NCBI GenBank assembly: GCA_000002445.1
Contig: CP000071.1
Span: forward strand, 1,888,001 to 1,952,000
Reading direction: 5' to 3'
From: Trypanosoma brucei
Lineage: Eukaryota
Length of the DNA: 64,000 nucleotides
Made by a program: the position numbers and the translations under genes. Of this stretch, positions 31,686-43,281 are shown piece after piece. Under the pieces are notes generated by a model. The model saw only the letters and a list, made by a program, of their open reading frames with translations. It was not told where the DNA came from and searched no databases. Position 1 is the first letter of the stretch. Every line of letters starts with the position of its first letter.

Positions 31686-34600
31686 TGTTCCTTTAGCCAA
31701 GGTACTTTCCAAAAGCCATGCAATTGCGGCACACGTGTAATTACACACACATATATATATATATATATGTGTGTGTGGATAAAAACGATTGAGGGAAAGA
31801 GATGAGGGAAATTCGATTATGTTGATAATGATTATGATGACAGTAACGAATATAAGAAGAGGTTTGCATCCACCGGAAACGGTAACACGAATATTTGGAA
31901 CATACCAAAAAAACCACCAAAGGGAAGGAAGCTAAAATATGTAGGAAGACAAGAAACAAACAAAAAAAATCGAATAAATAAAAACAAAAAATCAAAGAAT
32001 ATAAACAGAAGTCGCCCACATTCACAATTTCTTATCCGTTCCCTTTTTCTCTTTTTTTGTTGTTTATTTTATTAATCTTTATCCTTTCCTTGTTTCATTC
32101 GCCTCCTTGCGCGATTTCTTTTCCTTTTTCTGTATTTTTTCAATAATACTTGGAACCACAATAAAAAAGCCCAGAAAAAAAATAAAAAAGAAGGGCACAC
32201 ATGTTTAAGTTTTCACAGATGAATAAAACAAATCGATAAAATATATTAAAATGAAAATACGAAACAAAAGAGAGATGTATAAATAAAAATAGAGAAGGAA
32301 AAATGGAGAGTAAGTAAATTGGTACGTAAATAAATAAATATATATATATATATATAAAGGATGAGATGTCAATAAATAGAAGTGGATGGACGAATGAATG
32401 AACGTATGGTAAAACTAAAACAAATAAATCAAAGTAACAAACTCTATACGAAGGTGTGCCCGCCTAACATAAAAAAAAAAGTAAAAAGCAAAAATATAGA
32501 AAGTGAAACGACAAATAAATTTAATTAAAAACGGTGAAAAACAAGGAAAGAAAAAGATATATATATATATATATAACGAATCGCTCACGTTTCTTTACTT
32601 ACTTCTATTTATTTTACATTTTCTGCTCTACCTACCCCTTAAAAATTATTACTGGGCATCTTTCTCTTTATTTTTCTTCCTCTTGTTTCTTTTCTCCATA
32701 CAAAATAAAAATCGTAAAAATAAACCACATATACATATATACATATATATAGTAATTACACAAACCATAAATACGAATGCCCAAACAAATAAACAGATGT
32801 GTAAAATAAATAAATAAATAATGTCTCTTTGGCTTGCTTAATTTCGTTTTCTTTGGTTATTTGCATGGTTTTCCTCCTCTTTTTAATAATTCACGTCGGA
32901 CATCACATCATTAAAATAAAACAGGGAGGGGAATTTTATAAGGCAACGACTTGCAAACATATGAATAAGCCCATAAAAAAAGATTTTTTTTCACCTCTTA
33001 AACGGTTATATAACCGAACAATCAATCAACCAATTACTATATATAATAATAATAATAATAAAGGAATAAATAATGTATATTACATTTTAACACGGGGGTC
33101 TGTGAGTTTTACTACCCGCTAAATGCACATGAATTTGGGATGTTGGTTGTTTATTTTGTGATTTTTTTTGTCTTCTGTTTTTTTTTGTTGTTTTATTTTA
33201 AACTTGTCGACGGCACACAGTAGAGAAGTGAAATAAAATGGAATAAGCAAAAGGAAATAAAGGAATAAAATAAAAAACGAATGAAATAAATGAAGAAATA
33301 AAATGACTGAATAAAGACAATTTTTTTTTTTAAAGGAATAGAAGGGGAAAAAAAAACTGTGCCCACGCGAGGTACATATTTCCCCTCCTTTTCTTTGTAT
33401 CTTTTGCGTACCCCTCTACTTTAAATCATCATAATCGTAATCATCACACTCATAATAATTATTATTACTATTACCATTATTTTGTGCGGCATGGAAAAAA
33501 AAAAACGTTTCTTCCCATTTCCATAACCTCAAAGAAGAAAACTTCACCATCTTAAGTTCTCATTTCTTTCTTTCTTTCTTTCTCTTTCTCTTTCTCTTTA
33601 ATTCATGCATTTACATTTTCATATGCAAATGTAAATGTAAATGTAAATGCATACCTTTACTCGCTCCTCCATTCTTTCATACAACTAAATAAGCTCTCAC
33701 ATGAAAAAGGAAAAAAAAATGATAAATAAATAAATAAGTAGACAAATAAATTAAAAAAAGGAAGAGGAATAAGAGGGGGGGGAAAACAAAAAAAAAAGAA
33801 GGGAACCGGAGTGATTACTATGCTTCATATCTCTTACAAAAAGGGAAAAAAAAAGATGTCATCATCGCCATCATATTAATGTTGCATTGTAAGTTTGTCA
33901 GACATGCGCATTCATCCAGTCGCTCATTTGTTTATTTATTTATTTATTTATGTTCATGTCGTTTTCTTCTTATTTCTATTTACATTAAATTTGTACATTT
34001 TAATATGTTGGCATTATGCACACGTCAAGTCATGAGTGGAAAGAGCAACAAACATTTGAAGTCATTCCTCTAACTTCTTTTTTTTTCTCCCCTCTTTCTT
34101 TTCTTTTTTTTCTTTTAGCTTTAATTTCATTTAAATTATTTTCACATGCTTCTTAGCGATTTCACATCTGTTTTCACCTTGTTCTTTTTTTAAAAAAAAT
34201 AAAATAAAATAATTGGTTGAAAAATGGAATATGGCCCAATTAATTGAGTTTTAACTGAGAAAGGAAATTGTGTCGGCGCAAACTAAAGCCAAACAAATTA
34301 ATTAAAAGGAAAAGAAAAGAAACCAAATAAACACGATCGCTCATCCAATAATAATAATAATAATAAGTGAGAAAAATAAGCGCGAGAGTCACACAAACAA
34401 ACAAACAATCACATGCTGCCCAATCACAAAATTTACACCTTTTTTTTTTTACTTTACTTTTCTTTTCGTTCACTTTTAATTTTTATATTTCATTCCATCA
34501 TTTGTTCTTTTTTTTTTTTCTTCTTTCCGTTTTATTTTCATTACTTTTTTGTGTTGCCTCGGCAGTCAATGGCAAATATTTTTCTGTTAATGATTTTTTC

Positions 34601-35119
34601 TTTACTTGTAAGTATGGGAGTATGTGCATTCATATACTTATTCTTCTCATATATATATTTTTTAAAAATATTATCATCTCTCATATGCACTCACAAGATA
34701 AAAAATAATAAATAAATAAATAATACAAAATAAAATATTTTTCTACTTTTCGTTTCCCCCCTTCCTCTTTTCCTGTTGCCATCTTTTTATTGACACAAAA
34801 AACAAAAACAAAACAAAAGGGGAAAGGGGGAGGGGGAGGGAAGAACAAAAAAAAAGGAGGGGGAGGAGGAGGAGCAGAAGGAAAAAAAAAAAGGAAAAGA
34901 AAGAGAAAAAAAAAAAGGCGCCAGTAACGAAATGGTGCGGAAGAAAGGAAAGAAAACTAAAAAGAGAAAGGGGAAATACAAAGGAAAAGGAAAGGAAAAG
35001 GATTTTTATTTTCTAAAATAATGATAATAATGATAATAATAATAATGGTGGAGGAAAGCGCTGCATTGCAAATAAATGAAAGGAATCGTAAAGAAAAATA
35101 AATGGGACAAAAGGTAAAA

Positions 35120-35150
<31 letters not shown>

Positions 35151-35791
35151 GCAAAGAAATATTCATGAATATACATATAATATAAATACAACAAAATATT
35201 CGTCCCGAATGGCCCAGCCGTATTAAATAAAGTCGTTGTCATCATCATTGCTATTATTATCGTGATTACCGTGCATTATTCGTCAATATTTACTTTTCAT
35301 TTCTCTTTATTGTTATATTTAATGCTGGAAGATTTTATTTTATTTTATTCCTTCTTAATTTTCACACACGGCACATCCCACTCCCGTGATTATTTATTTT
35401 GTCAATCACATATTCCCCTCCCCTCCAGTAATACGCGTAAATGTTACGTTAATTATTTGGTGTAATGCCATGGAGGATGGGGGAAAGGAGAAAAAAGAAG
35501 TGAAACCAAATAACAAAAACAAAACAAAAACAAAAACACAGAGATAAGAAGAAGAGGAGCAAATATGTAAAACAAAGGAGAGGGAAAAAAGTGATTTTTA
35601 AACTAAAAGAAATAAAAGAAATAGATAAAGAAGGAGAACAGTGCTGCATTACACTGTTTTGGGGAAGAAAAAGTTTTAAGGAGAGCTTCATGCAGACACA
35701 CATGAAACACAAACAAAATAAAAAGGCAAAAAGAAAAAAAAAAGACAAATGTTTGAGTCGAATAAAATAAACAAAAAAAATCAAAAATGGT

Positions 35792-35851
35792 GATGATGAT
35801 GATGATGATGATAGTAGTAGTAGTAGTAGTAATAATAATAATAATAATAAT
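35792..35851. repeat. compound trinucleotide microsatellite (GAT)7(AGT)6(AAT)7
   Basis: Direct read: tgatgatgatgatgatgatgat agtagtagtagtagtagt aataataataataataataat. Confidence 0.9.
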
Positions 35852-37041
35852 GACAGTAAAAAAAAAAAAGAGGATGAAGGGAATGTAATGTAATGTAACG
35901 TTGTCAGTCCAGTTGCAAAAAATAATAATAATAATAATAAACACGGATGGCTCATGACTGGAAGAAAGAGTAGGAAAAGTGTAAAGTCAAATACAAACAC
36001 AAACACAAATAAATACAAAATAAGCGAGAAAGGGAGGGAGGGAAAGCATTTTACTTCTCGATAGAATAAAAGTAACAAAGTTTAAAAGTAAAAGTCAAAA
36101 AAAAAAAAAGCAAACCAAAGCAGCAACAAAAAAGGATGGAGGTACTAACAGGAAAAAAAAAAGAAATATACCAATAATAATAATAATAATCATAATCATA
36201 GTAATACCGGTGAATCCCACACCTCCTCAAAAGCATACAAACACAAAATTTCCACATCATTCCTCAAATTCCTCCTTTTTTTTTTTTACCGCCACGGTGT
36301 GCGGTTTCAGTTGTCCGTCATTCGTACAAATTAAAGGTTAAAGTAAAAAAAAACAAAAAAGTCATAACTGAATGAGCGAATGTGAGATGGCTACAATATA
36401 GAAAGCGGGAGGATGAGGAAGAGGGATACAACACACAAAAACAAACAAATAAATAAAGGCAAAGGCAAAAATAAATAAATAAATATATATATATATATAT
36501 ATATATGCACGTTTGTTTATTTATCAGCGTGGATGTATGGGAACTGATAGTGTGGAGGGAGAAATGTAAATAAAAATAATAATAATAATAATAATAACGA
36601 ATGGAGTGAATGTTTTTTCCCCTGTTTGAATACGCGGCAAGAGAGAAAAGGGAGGGGAAAGCACGGGAGCACTGCAGGAATATATTGTAGAAATATTATA
36701 AGCATTCACATTTACATATTTTAAATGCATTCGTGTGCGCTCGCTCCCTTATTCCCTCACACATTTTCTCTGTTTTGCGATAGTATACGACGTATATGAA
36801 AGACTAACTAGCCGAACTCCTCTCTCTTTTCCTCCCGGTAAATGATGCTTTTCCCTTCCTTTTTTTTTCTCTTCTGCTGTTGTTGCTGTTTTCGTCTTCA
36901 GGTCATCTTTCCTTTGATAAACTGCTTCATCAGATAGGTAAATGTACCATCATGCGTTTTTTTCTTTGAATTTTCGAACGCACCCGTAAGACTTTTCTCT
37001 CTTCAATATACATGCACAGATGCATATTCGAATGCGTAAAT

Positions 37042-37083
<42 letters not shown>

Positions 37084-37249
37084 CCATGTTTTCCCTGCGT
37101 GATAGCAACAACAACAGCTACCATAATTATAACAATAATAACAATAATATTATTATCGTTGCCACTGCCCTCTTCCTTGTCTTTTTCCTTACCCACTGCT
37201 AACTCATCTCAGTGCCACAACTTACTTCTTTTGCTTGTTTCGTCAATTC

Positions 37250-39250
37250 TCAACCTACACGCATGGTGGGAGTCGGTGTTACGTGTTGTAACCGCTCTGC
37301 AGTGATGGGCACTTGCATCGGAACTTGAGCACCCGGCATATAATACATGACGGTGGATTGCGGTTGGGGGGTTGGTGGGCACATCACCGCCGGCTGAAGT
37401 TGCCGGTTGGGACCCAAAATAACAACTTGCCCTCCAGCGGTTGGTCCAGCGGGAAGCGGAAAAAGCGGTGTTGCGTAAAGTCCCTGTTGAACTCCAAAGC
37501 TGGGGGTTGGTGCGGTGTACGGTTCTGAGCTGTAGAGGCCGGGCGGTGACATAACAAGTGAAGGAGCCCCGGCGCATGTACCAAAGGCCTGAGGGAGTTT
37601 GGAGGAGATGAAACCGCTTGTGTATGCCTGCTGCTGTTGCTGTTGTTGTTGCATAAACAGCTGCTGCTGAAGCGCTTGCTGCTGTTGCTGTTGTTGTAGG
37701 AATAGTTGTTGCTGAAGGTCATGTTGTTGCTGTTGTTGCTGAAATTGTAGTAGTGACTGCTGGTGAGGGTGTTGCTGGCTGACTGCTAAAGGAGGGGTTG
37801 GTGGTAGATGTGCGGTTTGGGGACTTGCATCGCCACTTACCGCTTTACTGCTGTTACTCGCCTGCTTACCAGAAGAACCACGACGAGCTAAACGCTCAAT
37901 GCGGTGGGCGGAATCTTCCGCTACTTTAGCGAGCAGCGGGATACCCTCACAATCAGGAAATGGCATCGTCGTATGAGTTTGCTGTGCCGCCCAAGCCGCA
38001 GCCTCTTTGGTGGTGTACGTAATGAATACGACGTTTCGCTTCTTGTTTGTTGAGCATTGGGCCGTATCGCCATGAATGGACACTTCCACTACCTGCCCGT
38101 ACTTGCTGAAGTGGGACACGAGGTCCTCTTTTTTGGCGCTGAGTGGAACGTTCCGTACGAATGTTTTGTTCGTTGGAGCCCCTGGTCGGTAAGCGGCGTT
38201 GGGTTTAGCCACTCTCACGGTGATGGTCTCACCACAGAAGATTGAACCGTTGAGCGCCTCAACCGCGCGCTGAGCGTCGCAGAGTCGAACAAACTTCACA
38301 AATGCGATCCCACGACTTCTCCCGGTGTGAATGTCCAGCATCACCTTGGCGGACTCGATGCTTCCAAATGGAGAAAAGAGTTCGTGTAGGCCGCTGTCCG
38401 TCACACTGTGCCGCAATCCCGATATGAAGAGGTTGCTGCGAATTGCATCTTCCGAGCAATCGGGGACTCGTTGATGGTTGTTATCTTTGGTCCCCTGAAC
38501 ATCCTGATGTTGAGGTTGCCCCCCATGGTGCTGTTTCTTGGGAGGACATGTTAGAGACTCGTCGACGCTACTGCTCATCAACTCGCCGTTCCCAAAGGTG
38601 GGATACGTCACACATCCAGACGACCACAGATAGTGACTCGACTGATCATCGTCTGCGCCTTCACTCTCGGCAGCGTCGTTGATATCCAGCGGTCCATCTT
38701 TCCATCGGAGGCATGCGAACACGTTTTGAGAGTCCGGGCCACTAAGCAGCTCCGATACCTGGCACTGATGCGCAAAGGGAGATGGAGGGTTCACCGATGG
38801 CACGCCCCCTACAGGCACCGCGAACTCCATTCGATGTCCCAAGCTTACATCGCTGCCGCATGGAGATAGGGTTGCCGTACCAGCTAGAGGAACGCAGCCT
38901 GCGGCAATGGCATGATTTGAGACTGTGGTGGCAGGTTTAGGAACACCGACCGCGGTGGGAATTGGGGTTTCCGGCGTGGTAAAGGGTGGTTTGGTGGCGG
39001 CATGGCTTCGAGTGCATTGGGTCGACGGGCTGTCCGTCTGGTTGGGAGCGTCCCAGCTGTCACGCATCATTAACAAATCGCTGGGGGTTAATATCGGTAG
39101 AGAGGGACTCCCACCAGCAGTGGAGGGACTCATGTAACGCTCACCAGATCGTGACGGATTCATAGAGGGGTACCAGCAGAAGTCTTCGATCCCTACCGCG
39201 TTGCTTTCCAGCGAGGGTAGATCTTTGCAGATGACTTGGTGGTCTGTCAT
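37250..39250 (-). CDS. RNA-binding protein with two RRM domains and a Gln-rich C-terminal region (DRBD-like)
   Basis: ATG at 39250 (MTDHQV..). RRM1: LFISGLRHSVTDSGLHELFSPFGSIESAKVM..RGIAFVKF (RNP2 and RNP1). RRM2: TFVRNVPLSAKKEDLVSHFSKYGQVVEVSI...NVVFITY. Followed by Q-rich tracts (QQQQQQHDLQQQLFLQQQQQQQ...). Confidence 0.8.
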   Translation of the reverse strand: MTDHQVICKDLPSLESNAVGIEDFCWYPSMNPSRSGERYMSPSTAGGSPSLPILTPSDLLMMRDSWDAPNQTDSPSTQCTRSHAATKPPFTTPETPIPTAVGVPKPATTVSNHAIAAGCVPLAGTATLSPCGSDVSLGHRMEFAVPVGGVPSVNPPSPFAHQCQVSELLSGPDSQNVFACLRWKDGPLDINDAAESEGADDDQSSHYLWSSGCVTYPTFGNGELMSSSVDESLTCPPKKQHHGGQPQHQDVQGTKDNNHQRVPDCSEDAIRSNLFISGLRHSVTDSGLHELFSPFGSIESAKVMLDIHTGRSRGIAFVKFVRLCDAQRAVEALNGSIFCGETITVRVAKPNAAYRPGAPTNKTFVRNVPLSAKKEDLVSHFSKYGQVVEVSIHGDTAQCSTNKKRNVVFITYTTKEAAAWAAQQTHTTMPFPDCEGIPLLAKVAEDSAHRIERLARRGSSGKQASNSSKAVSGDASPQTAHLPPTPPLAVSQQHPHQQSLLQFQQQQQQHDLQQQLFLQQQQQQQALQQQLFMQQQQQQQQAYTSGFISSKLPQAFGTCAGAPSLVMSPPGLYSSEPYTAPTPSFGVQQGLYATPLFPLPAGPTAGGQVVILGPNRQLQPAVMCPPTPQPQSTVMYYMPGAQVPMQVPITAERLQHVTPTPTMRVG

Positions 39251-40704
39251 TTCCCTTTTCTTTTCTTTACACACCCTTGTTTTCTAGGTGCAACCAAACA
39301 GCCAACGGGTCGTCAGGGTGGCAGTCGTGCCTCCGTTTGTAATATTTCGCTGAAGTCCTCTCTTCCTTCCTGCTACTTCGGGATGCGCGTGTAGTGGTGA
39401 AGATCGACACGTCAACTTCTTTTGGAACGAGCTCACCTCCTTTTCTTTATTCTTTCTTGTAACTTTCTTTACTTGTTTGCTCGCTGAAAGTGTTTTTTCA
39501 CCTGAACTTTTAATTACCTACGTATTGGGTTGCAGGTTTTGGTTGTGTAAAGGGGAATCAGTCGAAAATACAAAAAGAATGAAAAAAGAAAAAAAATTGA
39601 AATGTACTAGCTGCTAGCCGCATTAACCGATGACGGGGACAAGCGGAAGATGGTTAACACCTCCAGCTTGCAATAGGTTACGGAAACCCACAAGCACATC
39701 TAAACAGACTGTGTGTGCACACAAAGTATAAAAACAATTATGCGGCATGTGTACAACTAATACATGAAAGTTTTCTGGCAACGAAAGCGCCATCCGCAGA
39801 GGCACTGATACACTATTGACCATGGGCTCACTACACCCCGGCCACGGCATACATTAATACATACAAAGTGTGACGCAGTGGTAGGGACTGAAAAAGAGAA
39901 AATATGAAAAAAAAACAATAGCAGTGACAGTGACAGTACAGGCGGGTAAAAGCAGTATGAATAGGTAAAAAGGAGGAACCGAATGAATGAAAGAGAAGTG
40001 TGTGGTTGGCGTGATTGAACCGCTGTTGGGCGCCCCTTCGGTCCATTAGCCCCATCACCTCTACTTGCACCCTGTTCACCACCACAATACATAATATCAT
40101 CCGTGTTAGACATAAATATGCGCGATGTGCGTAAAGAATCGCGAAAATGTACGACACTGTTTACATCAAAATTACACTCATTCCTTCCTAAGGCACAAAC
40201 CAAGCACCACTACTCCCCTCTCCCTTTTCCGTCTTTCTCTGTCATGAATTTGTCTCCTCCTTGTTTCTTTTCTTTGTTGATTATGCTTCTTTCACATTCT
40301 TTTATTCTCTCTTCTCCCTGACCTGGCATTCACGTTTGGCTTGGCTCATGAAGACTATACATTGAGATGTGAATGAACGGTACACATACACGCATCCGTT
40401 GTCCTCCTTCCTCCTTTCACTCCGATATCGCAGTCGGTTGCCCTGTTCTGCCATGGATCAATTACCCTTCCTTCTTGTCACCCAAACCCTCACACTTCCC
40501 CCCAACACACACACACACCTGTCCACGTATTCATTCTTAACCCATTCTGCTAGCCGCAGCCCGCATACTGGTAGGCTTTACTTATTTAATTTGTTCCCTA
40601 TACACACCAATACCACTTCATTACGCGCGGTGACAACTGAAAGGGAAGAAGTGGGGGACAGCGCGCTGGCAGGAGGAGGGGTTTTTGTACAGACCAAGAT
40701 TTTC

Positions 40705-42528
40705 CTAAGGTGCGAAGGCTGCCGTATCAGTGGAGGCTTTAGAGATCTGCGATTTATCCAAAGTGATCTTGGGGACAGAGCCCGTGTCCAAAGAACCCTT
40801 ATTAGAATCCGCTGCGCCATCGGCATCTGGCATCGTCATCATGCGGATGGCCTTTACGGAGAGTCGCTTGTCAACCGACGCCTCTAGGTAGTACTCATTG
40901 AGGCAGTTTACCATCTCCTGCAGTGTGATGGTAGATTCTTCGATGGGAATACCGTACTGCAGGAAGCGGTCAGTGAGCAACCGCGGCTTCAACGTCTCAA
41001 GGTCAGTCGTGAACTCCGCCGAAAGGAACAAGGGGACAGGAATAGTTGTCTTTTCCATAGCAAGGTCACGCTGCGTTCGTGGAGATATGGCGAGAGTTGT
41101 TTGCCGTCGCTTCGGCAGCTCCGCCGCCCGATCGTTGAAGAACTTTGAAATGAGGCGCACCATTGCAGGAGGAAGGGCCCACCAGCGCGTTCGGTTCTCG
41201 TCACCATCGAGGACCGATTCCTCCATAGTTTCATTGGCATCAAAACTGGCATTGGAAGAATGACTGTCAAGGAAGGACAGTTTGGAAATACTGATGAGCC
41301 GCGACCCCGCGCGCATCATGGGTGGGACGTAATCCTCACCGTGCTCCTTAAGGAAGCGGAAACGTCGAGGGAGCGGCTGCGGCTGCGAAATGGTGCGGTA
41401 TGCCCGGCGAAGACATTGGTATGTAAGTTTTATTTCCTTTCGGGGCTCAGTGGTGCTCTCCTCCTCTTCGTTGCGGGCGTCAGCATCGATCTGGAGCTTT
41501 ACCGCCAGAGCAATAATCCCGCGAGCCTCAGCAGGTGTCAACTCAACGCTGCGGATACGCAGCCGGTGGAAATCGGCGGGCGGAACAATAGGGAGCTTAC
41601 CAGGGAGCGGGACTTTTTCGTTTTCTTCTTCGGGGTCTTCCAACTCGGCGAATTCTTCCTCATCCTCCTCATCGTCGTTCTGTTTCTTTCCTTCAGGCTC
41701 GCCCTCCGGTGAATCCATGGCATCGAGGAGGTGCTTCCAGTTAAGGATAATATTACGGTACTCAACATCCGTTTCAGCCATGCGGCGGGCAATCTCCACG
41801 TCCGTTTTGTAGTTGAAGTAGACAAGCTCAAGAAAGGTGTTGACAGAAATTGTACCGTTGGAGCGCTTCTTTGGCCGCTTCGCCGCTATTCTCTCAATCA
41901 ACTGCTCCTGAAGCACAGGGAATGGGGCATTAAGCACCAGACTGCGCATTGATACCCATCCGGAGGCATCACCGTCGAGATAATTGAAGAGATATTTCAT
42001 ACGGAAGTAGTCATCGGCGTAGTAGTTGGCCACTTCATTCTGGTTCTTATCGCAGAGGTCGTCGATAATGTTCATGACATTAGTACCAATGTGGGTGTCC
42101 TCCACACAAAACCGAACGACATTCTTGTTAGCGCGCAACATTCTAATGATGGGGCTCGCGCTGCATACCGTCACAAGTGGGTTGTTGCTCACGTCAATGC
42201 TTCGAATCGATTGATGGTCCTGCAGGATCTCGGCAAGTTCAGAGACAAATTCATCCGTGACGTGGCAGCCACTGAACGAGACACGGCGGAGCGAACGGCT
42301 GCAAAGTACAAGCGGCAATACGGCCAAGCAACCCTTCGCACCGAGAACACACTTGGAGCAGTCAATCACACGGTGCTTATCCCAGTCGCGTGGTGCATCA
42401 CTGAGTAGGAGCGAGACGTGCCTCTGACGGTTAATTCCCATCTCCTCGCAGATCTGTGCGTAGCTCGCGCGTGGGGACTTGCGGTCAAACCGTCCCAACA
42501 TCGCGTCTACCCTCTGCATCGTCGTCAT
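40705..42528 (-). CDS. leucine-rich-repeat (ribonuclease-inhibitor type) protein with acidic middle region
   Basis: ATG at 42528. N-terminal LRR-like segments (LAVLPLVLCSRSLRRVSFSGCHVTDEFVSELAEILQDHQSIRSIDVSNNPL...). Glu/Asp-rich stretch (DDEEDEEEFAELEDPEEENE). Confidence 0.55.
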   Translation of the reverse strand: MTTMQRVDAMLGRFDRKSPRASYAQICEEMGINRQRHVSLLLSDAPRDWDKHRVIDCSKCVLGAKGCLAVLPLVLCSRSLRRVSFSGCHVTDEFVSELAEILQDHQSIRSIDVSNNPLVTVCSASPIIRMLRANKNVVRFCVEDTHIGTNVMNIIDDLCDKNQNEVANYYADDYFRMKYLFNYLDGDASGWVSMRSLVLNAPFPVLQEQLIERIAAKRPKKRSNGTISVNTFLELVYFNYKTDVEIARRMAETDVEYRNIILNWKHLLDAMDSPEGEPEGKKQNDDEEDEEEFAELEDPEEENEKVPLPGKLPIVPPADFHRLRIRSVELTPAEARGIIALAVKLQIDADARNEEEESTTEPRKEIKLTYQCLRRAYRTISQPQPLPRRFRFLKEHGEDYVPPMMRAGSRLISISKLSFLDSHSSNASFDANETMEESVLDGDENRTRWWALPPAMVRLISKFFNDRAAELPKRRQTTLAISPRTQRDLAMEKTTIPVPLFLSAEFTTDLETLKPRLLTDRFLQYGIPIEESTITLQEMVNCLNEYYLEASVDKRLSVKAIRMMTMPDADGAADSNKGSLDTGSVPKITLDKSQISKASTDTAAFAP

Positions 42529-43281
42529 GGTTGCGGAAGATAATTACTTCTCCAAATAAAAATCCTTCCTTCTTTTGTCGCCTCTGCTCTTTGTTCGCTC
42601 TTTTTTCACGCACTTCTCAGGAAATGCTTTGCCGTATTATCTAGTTTATTTGTGTGATATGGCGGCTTTCCTTCTTATGAGTGCTTCTTTGATTCTTGTT
42701 AGTTTCACTCGTGTTCACTTGATTCGGTCTGTTCACCTTGGTGCAGTCGATGCTTTAGTAGTGCAGCGGGTTTCAATTTAAAAAACGTGACGGTGCATAC
42801 GTGAAATAAAAAAAACAAAGGTAACAAAGAGAAACAGAGTAGTAAGATAACAGGACGGAATCAAAGCAAAACACTCCATGGACGTCAAGGGTCAAAACGC
42901 CCGGTAACGCCTACGAACAATATAGCAGATGAAAATACTTGCCATAGAGGGAAGGTTGCGCTCGTGCCACCGCTTTGATGTTGTCTGTTGCATGGAGGAG
43001 CACACACTGAAAAACAGCAGCTCACGGTTAATCCATCGGCCCTTGTGCACGTGTTTGTGCGGGGAAAGCAAAACGAAGAAAACTGACCGCATGAGAGGAA
43101 GACAACGCTGAACCGTCCACAATCCTCATTGCGTTGGGTACACCTTACACGTTATCTTTGCTTAGACAACATCCGTCACGAGCGGTAAACCACGAAACTC
43201 TGCAAGCAGACCGACAAACCGCGGAGAAGCAATCTCTTCTCTTTTTCTTTTTCTCATCCTCACAGACGCAAAATGTCCCCA

